This document shows, piece by piece, positions 19,309 to 29,514 of a stretch of 64,000 bases of DNA. This stretch comes from a virus (Duplodnaviria > Caudoviricetes), in the IMG/VR virus record IMGVR_UViG_3300030109_002859, positions 1,885-65,884 of that record. One strand, 5' to 3'. Position 1 is the first letter of the stretch. Each line of letters opens with the position of its first letter. The position numbers were made by a program, and so were the translations under genes. The notes beneath the pieces were generated by a model that worked only from the letters and a program-made list of their open reading frames with translations, made no database searches and was not told the origin of the DNA.

Positions 19309-22300
19309 AAAATAAATTAACAGAATGGTTAGTTAAACCACTTATCAATGAAGTAGAATTGCCGATTGAAATTGGTGATGTTGTATTGATGGGTAGGTTT
19401 AAAAACAAGAAAGTAAAAGTTAAGTCAATCACTTACAATGAGAAAGGTGATTTACAAATCAATGGCAGACCTGCACTTAAATTCAGAATACAAAAATCAG
19501 ATAAAAAGTTATTACCGACAAAAACTACAAACAAAAAATCAGCAGAACCAGACTCAGATAGAAAAGGTGTTGATGATGAATATCCACATCACAAAACAGA
19601 AAATATAAAATATATCAAAAAGTATCGATACGATATAAGTAAGTTTAGTGATGCGAAAAAAGTCAAACTTGTAGATTTGTTGATAAAAAAATATAAGTTA
19701 GTAAAATTAAGAGATTTTATTGGTGGAAGCTTAAGTCATAATGATATTGAAATATCTCAAAGAGCTCTCTCATCAAAAGCAAAAAAAGATATTGAAAAAC
19801 GATTTAATCTGAAAACAGAAGCAAAAAGAATTCCAAGAAAAAAAGGACAACATAGAGGTTCATCAAGTCATTCAGATTTATACACGGACGAAAATCCAAA
19901 AGGAACAATCAAAGGATTAAAGTTCGCTACCACAGATGACGCAAAAAAATCAGTAAGTAAAATTAGAAATAGTGGTAAAACCCACGCTCACAAAATACAA
20001 GCAGCAGTCGCTATGGAACAACGAGCAAAAGAAATGGGTAAAACAGCTCAAGCAGGTGTTTATCGTAGTTATATAAATTCTATGAAAAAGAAAACCAAGA
20101 AGAAAAATGAATCATTCTTTGGATTAGGGCCAGGTGACATTCCTTCACCAAGTCGTAAGATGGTTAAGAAAATGAAAAAGAAAGGTAATACATCAGTTCC
20201 TTATGGTAGTGGATATAAAAAAATTGATGAAAGAGCAAAAGGGGCAGTATCGGGTAGAAAAGTTCACAAAAACATTACAGGATTTAATCTACCATACAAA
20301 GGTAAAAAATATAAAGAAATAGATATGGAAGTTAAAAAAGTCGACAACAAAACAGAAAAAGTTTTGTTAAGAATTTTAACACCTAAAAAATTATTCGGAC
20401 AACAAGTCGAGGTAACATTTAAAGAACTTCGTAGAGGTCCATTTATGAAAACCGATACGAGTAAAAAAGTAAACGAACAAAAATCGAAGGTTAAAAAAGT
20501 AATAGCAATTTATCCAGGTAGATTTCAACCATTTGGTCCACACCACAAAAAAGTATTTGACGCACTACAAAGTAAGTTTGGTGAAGCATACATCACAACA
20601 TCAGATATAAAACAACCACCAAGACACCCAATGAATTATAATGAAAAAGTTCGTCATATGGTTAAAATGGGAGTTCCAAAGAATCGTATCATTAAAGAAA
20701 AAGTTCCTTATGTGGCAAATAACTTATTGAGAAAATTTAATAAAGATACCACAGCGGTAGTTTATGTATTCGGTGCAAAAGACGCCGGTAGATTAAAAGG
20801 TGGTAAAAAGAAATCAGGTGGATTGACTTACTATCAAGATTTAAAGTCTAATCAAAATAATTTAAAAGGATTTGAAGAACACGGATACATTTATACTGCA
20901 CCAACGGTAAAAGTTAGTGGTATATCAAGTGGAACAGAAATTCGTAATCTATTAGGTAGTCCAAAGTTTGACGACAAAAAAAGAGAACAAATATTTAAAA
21001 AAACATTTGGTTATTTTGATAAAGGTGTTTACACTATGATGACTAACAAGTTTAAAAAACTATTTGAATTCTACCAACAACCACAGGTAAAAAAAATTTT
21101 AAAGGAAGTTAGTGGTTTTGGAACAAGTGTAAATGCAAGTGATATGTCAGATGAAGGTATGTATGATTTTTTTGGTTCATTAGATGATTATTTTAGAGTA
21201 TCAAAAGAACACGCAGATGTTATTGGATATGAGTTGATAGGGTTTCCAATCAAAGACTCGGCAGATATGGCATTTACCATTATGGCAGATGACTATGAAC
21301 AAGATAGAGCAAAAACCGTAACATACGGAAAGACAATTAATCAAAATAGAAAAAACACAGAAAGTGTAAAAAACCCATACCCAAAATACAAAGAAAGATT
21401 AAATAAAATACTTTCCAATCTAAATTGGCAAGTAGTTAAGTTTTTTGGTGAAGAGCATGTAGAACCTAAATTATCAGATTCACCATTGATAAAGAAACCA
21501 GATGTTGAAAAAGGTATCAAACATACGAAAAGTATTCAAGAGAGTTTTCAACAAGATGTTGATTTATTGATAGAAGCAATGTGTGGTGTTGGACAAAACC
21601 CAGCAGACACAGGTTGCACACCAAAAGGTAAAGCAAAAACAAAAGTAAAAATGAAACCATTTGAAATACCAAAATTTAAAGTGCCAAAATTTAACATACC
21701 AAAATTTGAAATAGACCCAGAAAAAATGAAAAAGGTTGCAGCAAAAAGGAAAAAAAGAAAAGAAAAAGCTTTAGTAAGACCAGATAGAAAACCAAATATG
21801 AAAGATGGTGTTGACATTATTAGAGATAAAAAAGACACACAACATTTTATTGATGATTTTTTATTTAAAGCAGATAAAGGTGTTGATTTAGATGAACTTA
21901 CTAAAGAAATGGGCAATCAATATCAAGAACAAAAAAAGAAATTATCAAAAAAAGAACAAAAACAATTAGAAACAGATATTGAAAGTTGGAAAAAATATGG
22001 CGGGTTTGAAGCGATTCAAAATGCTATTGAGGACGGAGACACAACAGAACAAGAAATCCGAAATAGAAATGAAAGAATAAGTGATTTGGCCCACAAGACC
22101 ACTAACAATATTGATAAAGCTATTGAACGAGGTATAGAAGTTCCTAATGATGTTGCAAATGCAATATTAAACGAATTTAAAATTGGAGAAATGGTTGAAA
22201 TACCAGATGAATCTGGACACGGTTCAAGTGGTTTTAGTTTAAGTGGTGAAACAGCAAGAGAATTCTCAAGAGTTGATGGTGATGGCGATAAAACATCAAT

Positions 22301-23846
22301 TTTGTTTAGAATAGAACCAAATTCAAAAGGACAACTTAGAGGTTTATATATTGACGGAGATGAATCAAGCACTATATCAAGAGAAAGGGAAATAACTCGT
22401 AGTTCTAAGTCAAAAGCAAAAGTGATATCAGTAGAAACTAAAAAATTACCAAATGGTAAAGAAGTTAAAATAATCACGTTACAAGAACCAGACGATTTAA
22501 CAGAAACAATAATCAAAGAAGTAAGTAAAAAATATAGTGAAATATCAAGAAGATATTTAGAAGGTCCATTAAATCCAAGATTAAAAAAGAAAGAATTACA
22601 AAAAGAACATCTTATATTAGAGGGTGGAGCATACGGGCATATGAATCATCCATTTGATGATAATAATTTGACGTTTTCAGACTTGAAGAACATAATTATT
22701 ATAGGGTTAAGTGGAAACCTTAATCGTGAAGATAAGGTATCTGAAAAACTTGACGGACAAAACCTAATGATAAGTTGGGTTGGTGGACAATTAAAAGCAG
22801 CCCGAAACAAAGGTCATCTGAAAAATGGTGGTAAAACTGCACCAACTACCGCAGGTATCGCTAATATGTTTAGTGGTAGAGGTAATATTAAAAAAGCATT
22901 TGTAGGTGCGATGAGAGATTTAGAAAAATCAATAGGTGGTTTATCTAATGCACAAAAGAAAAAGATTTTTGGTAATGGAACCAAATGGATGAATTTAGAG
23001 GTTATATATCCACAAACAGCAAATATTATTGACTATGATGTCGCAGAGATTGTATTCCACGGAACTACCGAATACGATAGAACAGGTAGAGCAAAGGGAT
23101 ACTCAAAAGAATCAGCTCGTATGTTACAAGGTATGATTAAACAAGTAAATCAAAATATACAAAAAACATTTAAAATTAGTAAACCTAATTTCTTAAAGAC
23201 GAGTAAAGTTCAAAACTATGGAGCAAAGAAAAATTCTTTCTTAGGTAAATTGAATAAATTACAAGGACAATATGGATTGAAAGATACTGATAAATTAGGT
23301 GTGTATCATCAGTCTTTCTGGCAAGAATACATTTTTAATGCAGTAAAACAATTCAACACATCTATAACCCAAAGTCAATTAGTAAATCTAACTAATCGTT
23401 GGGCATTTTTTGATAAGTCATATAGTATAGGACAAATTAAAAAAGACTTTAAAGATAGTCCAAAGTTTGTTGATTGGATTTTAAAAACTGATAAACTTGA
23501 CCATAACAAAATGTTCAAACAAAACATTAAACCATTTGAAGTATTGTTCTTTCAAGTCGGAGCAGAAATATTAAAAAATATGTCAGGTTTCTTAGCAGTA
23601 TCACCAGACGCAGCAGTCAAAAAAATTAAACAAGATGTTGATAAAGCGTTGAGAGATTTACAAAAACCAGACAATGTTAGTAAATTAGAAAAATTAAAGA
23701 TACAAATAGAGAAATTAGAAGCTATTGGTGGTTCAAGTGCAATTGTACCGAGTGAAGGCTTGGTATTTAAATACAAAGGTAATATATACAAGTTCACAGG
23801 AGCATTTGCACCAATCAACCAAATATTAGGTAGTTTAAGATTTTAA
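19305..23846 (+). CDS. Multidomain protein: HIGH-type nucleotidyltransferase, ADP-ribosyltransferase-like and KxDG ligase-like domains
   Basis: YPGRFQPFGPHH and SGTEIR; ERGI / SSGFS / EREI; EKLDGQN, NLEVI, EGLVF..YKFTG. Confidence 0.75.
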   Translation: MKNKLTEWLVKPLINEVELPIEIGDVVLMGRFKNKKVKVKSITYNEKGDLQINGRPALKFRIQKSDKKLLPTKTTNKKSAEPDSDRKGVDDEYPHHKTENIKYIKKYRYDISKFSDAKKVKLVDLLIKKYKLVKLRDFIGGSLSHNDIEISQRALSSKAKKDIEKRFNLKTEAKRIPRKKGQHRGSSSHSDLYTDENPKGTIKGLKFATTDDAKKSVSKIRNSGKTHAHKIQAAVAMEQRAKEMGKTAQAGVYRSYINSMKKKTKKKNESFFGLGPGDIPSPSRKMVKKMKKKGNTSVPYGSGYKKIDERAKGAVSGRKVHKNITGFNLPYKGKKYKEIDMEVKKVDNKTEKVLLRILTPKKLFGQQVEVTFKELRRGPFMKTDTSKKVNEQKSKVKKVIAIYPGRFQPFGPHHKKVFDALQSKFGEAYITTSDIKQPPRHPMNYNEKVRHMVKMGVPKNRIIKEKVPYVANNLLRKFNKDTTAVVYVFGAKDAGRLKGGKKKSGGLTYYQDLKSNQNNLKGFEEHGYIYTAPTVKVSGISSGTEIRNLLGSPKFDDKKREQIFKKTFGYFDKGVYTMMTNKFKKLFEFYQQPQVKKILKEVSGFGTSVNASDMSDEGMYDFFGSLDDYFRVSKEHADVIGYELIGFPIKDSADMAFTIMADDYEQDRAKTVTYGKTINQNRKNTESVKNPYPKYKERLNKILSNLNWQVVKFFGEEHVEPKLSDSPLIKKPDVEKGIKHTKSIQESFQQDVDLLIEAMCGVGQNPADTGCTPKGKAKTKVKMKPFEIPKFKVPKFNIPKFEIDPEKMKKVAAKRKKRKEKALVRPDRKPNMKDGVDIIRDKKDTQHFIDDFLFKADKGVDLDELTKEMGNQYQEQKKKLSKKEQKQLETDIESWKKYGGFEAIQNAIEDGDTTEQEIRNRNERISDLAHKTTNNIDKAIERGIEVPNDVANAILNEFKIGEMVEIPDESGHGSSGFSLSGETAREFSRVDGDGDKTSILFRIEPNSKGQLRGLYIDGDESSTISREREITRSSKSKAKVISVETKKLPNGKEVKIITLQEPDDLTETIIKEVSKKYSEISRRYLEGPLNPRLKKKELQKEHLILEGGAYGHMNHPFDDNNLTFSDLKNIIIIGLSGNLNREDKVSEKLDGQNLMISWVGGQLKAARNKGHLKNGGKTAPTTAGIANMFSGRGNIKKAFVGAMRDLEKSIGGLSNAQKKKIFGNGTKWMNLEVIYPQTANIIDYDVAEIVFHGTTEYDRTGRAKGYSKESARMLQGMIKQVNQNIQKTFKISKPNFLKTSKVQNYGAKKNSFLGKLNKLQGQYGLKDTDKLGVYHQSFWQEYIFNAVKQFNTSITQSQLVNLTNRWAFFDKSYSIGQIKKDFKDSPKFVDWILKTDKLDHNKMFKQNIKPFEVLFFQVGAEILKNMSGFLAVSPDAAVKKIKQDVDKALRDLQKPDNVSKLEKLKIQIEKLEAIGGSSAIVPSEGLVFKYKGNIYKFTGAFAPINQILGSLRF

Positions 23847-23855
23847 GGAGTTATA

Positions 23856-24425
23856 ATGGCAAATAAATCAAAAGAAGCAGAAAGACAGAATAAAGCATTA
23901 CAAGACATAATTAGTGGAAGAGAGCACGAAAAAGATTATATCCAAGTAGGATACGAGGGTAAAACACCAGAAAATAAAGGTGGTGAGACAAGAAAGTCGA
24001 AACATAGTGATATTATGGCATCAGTTAGAATGCCTTGGTTTTGTCCTAAATGTGATAAAGCAATGAAGAAACAACTCGATAATAAATTTTGGAGAATGAT
24101 GGGACATTGTTTTGATTGTCAAATAGATTATGAAAACAAATTAAAAATTAAAGGTGAGTTTAAAGAATATGCTTATCAAAAAATGTTAGAGAATCAGAAG
24201 TCACAATTGAAAGATTTAGAACAAAGTATAGATGATTACGAAAAAACAGATGGTAAAAAAACTTGGTATAATAACGTAGGTGTAAATACACCAATGTTAG
24301 AGGAAGACAAGTGGGAAATGGGTAAAGAAAAATTTGATGAAACAATTCAAGAAGCAAGAGATTTCATAAAAGAAAAACGAGAAATCGTAGAAAAAGCACA
24401 ACAACAACTAACAGGAGCAAAATAA
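23856..24425 (+). CDS. Zinc-finger hypothetical protein upstream of terminase
   Basis: CPKC...HCFDC; AAGGAG SD. Confidence 0.7.
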   Translation: MANKSKEAERQNKALQDIISGREHEKDYIQVGYEGKTPENKGGETRKSKHSDIMASVRMPWFCPKCDKAMKKQLDNKFWRMMGHCFDCQIDYENKLKIKGEFKEYAYQKMLENQKSQLKDLEQSIDDYEKTDGKKTWYNNVGVNTPMLEEDKWEMGKEKFDETIQEARDFIKEKREIVEKAQQQLTGAK

Positions 24426-24706
24426 TGGGAATTATTAATGCAATACTAAATCTATTTTTTGGCGGAAATAAAAAGAAAGAAGTTAAAGAATTAGATAAGC
24501 AGATTAAAGTAAAAGACCAAGAAGTTAAAGAACTTGAAAAAGAGGTCGTAAAACTTGAATCAAAGAAAAAAGTTAACAAAAAAGAAGTAGCTAAATTAAA
24601 AAGAAAAGTAACCACTACTAAAAAACAACTTGAGAAAGCATCAGAAGCAGTAAAAGAAGACAATGCTGATGACGCAGTAAAATTTTTAAAGAAATTTAGT
24701 AAGTAG
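24425..24706 (+). CDS. Small coiled-coil protein with hydrophobic N-terminus (spanin-like?)
   Basis: MGIINAILNLFFGG followed by K/E heptads. Confidence 0.45.
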   Translation: MGIINAILNLFFGGNKKKEVKELDKQIKVKDQEVKELEKEVVKLESKKKVNKKEVAKLKRKVTTTKKQLEKASEAVKEDNADDAVKFLKKFSK

Positions 24707-24721
24707 TATATATTTATATAT

Positions 24722-25108
24722 ATGAGATATATTATATACATATTATTACTTGGGGGACTATTCGCTCAAGAAGTTGATACAACTAAAACCTATACCTTTA
24801 CAGAGGAAGAAGTTTTAGGATTCACCAACACTATTATGGAATTAGAACTAAAAGATAGTTTGAATGTTTCCTTAGTGGGAGATTTGGAATCACAATTACA
24901 ACTCTTTGAAGAAAACTCTGCAATAGATTCTATGTTGATTGCAAATAAAACTCTACAACTTAATCTACTAAAAGACACTAATAAACTACTTGAACAAAAA
25001 GTAAAACTTGTCCAACCTAAATGGTATGAAAACAAGTGGTTATACTTTACATATGGAGTAGTGTTGACTGCTACATCAGTTAAATTAGCAGGTCAAATAG
25101 TAGACTAA
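24722..25108 (+). CDS. Membrane/secreted coiled-coil protein (spanin-like?)
   Basis: N-terminal signal-like peptide, coiled coil, KWYENKW then hydrophobic C-terminus. Confidence 0.45.
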   Translation: MRYIIYILLLGGLFAQEVDTTKTYTFTEEEVLGFTNTIMELELKDSLNVSLVGDLESQLQLFEENSAIDSMLIANKTLQLNLLKDTNKLLEQKVKLVQPKWYENKWLYFTYGVVLTATSVKLAGQIVD

Positions 25109-26685
25109 TGGCAGAACAAATAAAAGAAGTAATCAAAAAAGAATATGTAAAATGTGCACAAGACCCGGCATATTTTATGAAAAAGTATTGTATGATACAA
25201 CACCCGATTCGAGGTAAGATTCCTTTTGAATTGTATGAGTTTCAAGATAAAGTTGTTAATGAATTTCAAGAACATCGTATGAATGTTATTTTGAAAGCTC
25301 GTCAGTTAGGTATTTCAACATTAACAGCTGGATATAGTTTGTGGATGATGACATTCCAACAAGATAAAAACATCTTGGTAATTGCAACCAAACAAGAAGT
25401 AGCAAAGAACTTGGTAACGAAAGTTCGTGTTATGCACGCAAATCTACCGAGTTGGTTGAAACAAAGATGTGTTGAGGATAACAAATTAAATCTGAGATAT
25501 CGTAATGGTTCACAGATTAAAGCAGTATCATCAGGTCCAGAAGCAGCTCGTTCAGAAGCTCTATCATTATTGATATTGGATGAGGCGGCATTCATTGATA
25601 AAATTGATGACATTTGGACAGCAGCACAATCTACCTTAACGACTGGTGGACAATGTATAGCATTGTCAACACCAAACGGAGTTGGTAATTGGTTTCACAA
25701 AACTTGGGTAGACGCTGAAGAGGGAAGAGGACTATTTAATCCAATTAAATTACATTGGACGGTTCATCCAGACAGAGGTGATGAGTGGAGAAAAGAACAA
25801 GATACATTACTTGGAATTGGAAGTGCAGCACAAGAGTGTGATTGTGACTTCTTAACATCTGGAACAGGTGTAATTGACGCAACACTATTGGAAAACTTAC
25901 GAAAAAACCATTGTAAAGACCCAATGGAAAGAAGAGGAATTGATAGTAATTGTTGGGTATGGGAACCACCAAATTACACAAAGAGTTATATCGTATGTGC
26001 AGATGTTAGTAGAGGGGATGGGACAGATTATTCTGCCTTTCACGTCATTGAGTTAGAAACTTTAACACAAGTAGCAGAATACAAAGGTAGAATAAATACA
26101 AAAGATTTTGGAAATATGTTGGTAAGTGTAGCAACAGAATATAATGATGCGATACTTATTATAGAGAATAATAATATTGGTTGGGCAACAATCCAACAAG
26201 TAATAGATAGGGATTATCCTAATCTATTTTATACAAGTAAAGACTTACAATATGTTGATGTTCAACACCAAATGAACAATAAAATCAACAGACAAGAAAG
26301 GAATATGGTTGCTGGTTTTTCAACGACTTCCAAGACCAGACCACTAATTATTAGTAAGTTAGAAGAATTTTTTAGAGAGGAGAGTGTAGTGGTTCATAGT
26401 AATCGTTTGATTGATGAATTACAGACTTTCGTTTATATAAATAACAGAGCAGAAGCAATGCGAGGATACAATGATGACCTTGTAATGTCTTTTGCTATTG
26501 GACTTTGGGTTCGTGATACTGCATTACGATTAAAAACCGAAGGTATTGAATTAACAAAAAAGACATTGACCAGAATGATGGACAATGAGGGTTTATACAC
26601 CAACGAAGATATAAATAAAAATGATAGTTGGGAGTGGGAACCAGGAAAAACAAAAGATAAAGAGTCATTAGAGTGGCTCTTATAA
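25108..26685 (+). CDS. terL: Terminase large subunit (T4 gp17-like)
   Basis: KARQLGIS Walker A, LLILDEAAF Walker B, STPNG, ADVSRGDGTDYS, DDLVMS nuclease motifs. Confidence 0.97.
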   Translation: MAEQIKEVIKKEYVKCAQDPAYFMKKYCMIQHPIRGKIPFELYEFQDKVVNEFQEHRMNVILKARQLGISTLTAGYSLWMMTFQQDKNILVIATKQEVAKNLVTKVRVMHANLPSWLKQRCVEDNKLNLRYRNGSQIKAVSSGPEAARSEALSLLILDEAAFIDKIDDIWTAAQSTLTTGGQCIALSTPNGVGNWFHKTWVDAEEGRGLFNPIKLHWTVHPDRGDEWRKEQDTLLGIGSAAQECDCDFLTSGTGVIDATLLENLRKNHCKDPMERRGIDSNCWVWEPPNYTKSYIVCADVSRGDGTDYSAFHVIELETLTQVAEYKGRINTKDFGNMLVSVATEYNDAILIIENNNIGWATIQQVIDRDYPNLFYTSKDLQYVDVQHQMNNKINRQERNMVAGFSTTSKTRPLIISKLEEFFREESVVVHSNRLIDELQTFVYINNRAEAMRGYNDDLVMSFAIGLWVRDTALRLKTEGIELTKKTLTRMMDNEGLYTNEDINKNDSWEWEPGKTKDKESLEWLL

Positions 26686-26698
26686 AGTGAGGTAAAAA

Positions 26699-28570
26699 AT
26701 GGCAGATACAACATTATTTGGAAGACTGAGACGATTATTCAGTACAAATGTAATCGTGAGAAATGTCGGTGGTAAAAAATTAAAGATAGCCGATACAGAC
26801 CAAATACAACATCAAGTCAAGAGTCATCTTGTAGATAGATATTCCAAACTACATACTAATTTAGATTTAGTTGGAACAGGATACTCAACTGTACATCAGG
26901 TTATGGCAGCAAGATTGGGATTATTTAAAGATTATGAATCAATGGATTCAGACCCAATCATTTCAAGTGCATTAGATATCTATTCAGACGAATCAACTAT
27001 GAAAGGTGAGTATGGTGAAGTAATTGATATCAAAACTGACAATGAAAATATAAAAGAAATATTACATAATTTATTCTATGACATTATGAACATTGAGTTC
27101 AATCTATGGCCTTGGGTTCGTAATATGGTTAAGTATGGTGATTTTTATCTATACTTAGATGTAAGTGAAAAGTATGGTATTACGAATGTAGTTCCATTAT
27201 CACCTTACGAAGTTGTAAGAGCAGAAGGAGAAGACCCTGAAAATCCTTACTATACTAAATTCTACTTAGAAAGTATTGAAGGTGCACATCCTTATTTTGG
27301 CCAAAGGTTAACAAGTTCTCAACAAAAGATAGAATTTGAAAACTTTCAAGTTGCTCACTTCAGATTAGCAAGTGATAGTAACTTCTTACCTTATGGTAAA
27401 TCTATGATTGAATCTACAAGAAAGATTTGGAAACAATTAACACTTATGGAAGACGCTATGTTAATTCATAGAATTATGAGAGCACCTTCTAAACGAGTAT
27501 TCAAGATTGATATCGGAAACATTCCACCTGCAGAGGTTGATAACTATATGCAAAGAATTATCAACAAGATGAAGAAAACACCATTTATGGATGAGGCAAC
27601 AGGTGAGTATAACTTAAGATATAATATGCAGAACCTAACAGAAGACTTCTTTATGCCAGTTCGTGGTGGGGATAATGGGACTGAAATATCAGAGTTGGGT
27701 GGTATTGATTATGATTCAACAGAAGACATTGAATATTTGAAAAACAAATTATTAGCATCACTAAGAGTTCCAAAAGCATTCTTAGGGTTTGATGAAAATG
27801 TCGGTGGTAAAGCAACATTAGCAGCAGAAGATGTTAGATTTGCAAGAACCATTGAAAGAATACAAAGAATTATAATATCAGAGTTAACAAAGATTGCAGT
27901 TGTTCACTTATATTCACAAGGATATACAGATGAAGACTTAGTAAACTTTGAGTTAAACTTAGCAAGTCCTTCAACAATGTATGAACAAGAAAAAATTGAA
28001 TTGTTCGGACAAAAAGTAAACTTAGCTCGTGATATGATACAAGATAAAATTTTACCTTACGAATGGATATATGATAATATATTTAATTTCTCAGATAAAC
28101 AAAAAGTAGAAATTGAAAATCAAATCATTGATGACCAAAAACAGAAATTCAGACATTCACAGATTGAAATGGAAGGTAATGACCCACAAGCTTCTGGAGA
28201 AGCAATCGGAACACCAAGTGATATGGCAGCCGTTGGTATCGGTGCAGATGATACTGCAACACCACCCGACACCGTAGCAGGCTCTATCTTTGACCCATTT
28301 GACGATGGAGAAAAGGAAGATGAAAGACCAGAAGATGAACAAGGTGGAAGACCAAAAGAGATGAACAAACCATTCAAAGATAGTGGAGCAAGAGGTCGTG
28401 ACCCATTAGGGAAGCAAACCAAGAACAGAAGACCACTTGCATTAGCACACTTTGATGCTTTGAAAAAAACAATGGGTAAAAAGTCAAAAACTATACTTAA
28501 AGAAACTAATCAAGTAGATGAAATGAACAAGGAATATGATGAATATAAGGAAGAAAAAGGTAAGGATTAA
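26699..28570 (+). CDS. gp20: Portal protein (T4 gp20-like)
   Basis: KQLTLMEDAMLIHRIMRAPSKRVFKIDIGN, EDFFMPVRGG. Confidence 0.96.
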   Translation: MADTTLFGRLRRLFSTNVIVRNVGGKKLKIADTDQIQHQVKSHLVDRYSKLHTNLDLVGTGYSTVHQVMAARLGLFKDYESMDSDPIISSALDIYSDESTMKGEYGEVIDIKTDNENIKEILHNLFYDIMNIEFNLWPWVRNMVKYGDFYLYLDVSEKYGITNVVPLSPYEVVRAEGEDPENPYYTKFYLESIEGAHPYFGQRLTSSQQKIEFENFQVAHFRLASDSNFLPYGKSMIESTRKIWKQLTLMEDAMLIHRIMRAPSKRVFKIDIGNIPPAEVDNYMQRIINKMKKTPFMDEATGEYNLRYNMQNLTEDFFMPVRGGDNGTEISELGGIDYDSTEDIEYLKNKLLASLRVPKAFLGFDENVGGKATLAAEDVRFARTIERIQRIIISELTKIAVVHLYSQGYTDEDLVNFELNLASPSTMYEQEKIELFGQKVNLARDMIQDKILPYEWIYDNIFNFSDKQKVEIENQIIDDQKQKFRHSQIEMEGNDPQASGEAIGTPSDMAAVGIGADDTATPPDTVAGSIFDPFDDGEKEDERPEDEQGGRPKEMNKPFKDSGARGRDPLGKQTKNRRPLALAHFDALKKTMGKKSKTILKETNQVDEMNKEYDEYKEEKGKD

Positions 28571-28635
28571 TACCGATTTCTTGAAAGTTTTATATTTATT
28601 ATTGATAAAATACACAGAAATACTTTGGAGCTCAA

Positions 28636-29514
28636 ATGTCTTTATATGTTAAACATAACAAGATAAAGAATACTTCTATTCTTTATGAACTTTTATCTCG
28701 TCAAATTACAGTTGACGTGTTAAATGACACAAAAAGCCCTAAATCAGTTAAAATATTTAAAGAATTCTTTAATAAAAATACTGAATTAGGTAAAGAATAC
28801 GAATTATATTCAATTTTGTTAGAAAAAAAATACAAAAGCGATTCACACGCTAGTCAATTAGTCGAAGCAGTTGTTAAGAGTCGTAGAAAGTTATCTAATC
28901 GTAGATTAAATAATGAAAAATACAATTTAATTAAAACTATAAAAGAAAATTACGATATAAAAGAGTTTTTTAATACTCGTATCCCTAATTTTAAAATTAT
29001 GGCTTCAATTTATAAAGTATTCGGAACGGAAACTGGTAAAGAAGACTTCGGTCCAGTTCAAAAAACTGATTCAGTTATCACTATAACTGAACATATCGTT
29101 CACCACACTACTAAAGTAGATAGAAAATCTCAGATAATAGAAGAGTTTGGGGAACAAGAAAAAGATTTAAGGTTATTAAGTTATCAATTGTTAGTTGATA
29201 AATTTAATTCAAAATATAAATCTCTTAATGAAAATCAAAAGAACTTATTGAAAGAATATATCAATAATGTGTCTAATACAAATTCATTAAAAGGTTTCAT
29301 AGACAATGAAGTAGTTAAAATCAAAAAAGCTCTAAAGGCATTACTACCTAAAGTCAATGATGATATTACAAAAATCAAACTAACAGAAGCTATCAGTCAT
29401 ACTGATACAGCAGTAAAGGGAAGTGTTGTGAAAGATAAACACGTGGTTGCTTTGATGAGATATTATGAATTGATAAAGGAGTTAAAGAATGTCCAAGTCC
29501 GACAAGATAGCTAA
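28636..29514 (+). CDS. Conserved head-module hypothetical protein
   Basis: Long helical ORF between portal and prohead protease; ATAYTTATW motif at 28592. Confidence 0.7.
   Translation: MSLYVKHNKIKNTSILYELLSRQITVDVLNDTKSPKSVKIFKEFFNKNTELGKEYELYSILLEKKYKSDSHASQLVEAVVKSRRKLSNRRLNNEKYNLIKTIKENYDIKEFFNTRIPNFKIMASIYKVFGTETGKEDFGPVQKTDSVITITEHIVHHTTKVDRKSQIIEEFGEQEKDLRLLSYQLLVDKFNSKYKSLNENQKNLLKEYINNVSNTNSLKGFIDNEVVKIKKALKALLPKVNDDITKIKLTEAISHTDTAVKGSVVKDKHVVALMRYYELIKELKNVQVRQDS

Noticed and set aside
25108-28570. Intein or group I intron in terminase or portal
   Set aside because: Motifs are contiguous with normal lengths; no splice-junction signatures
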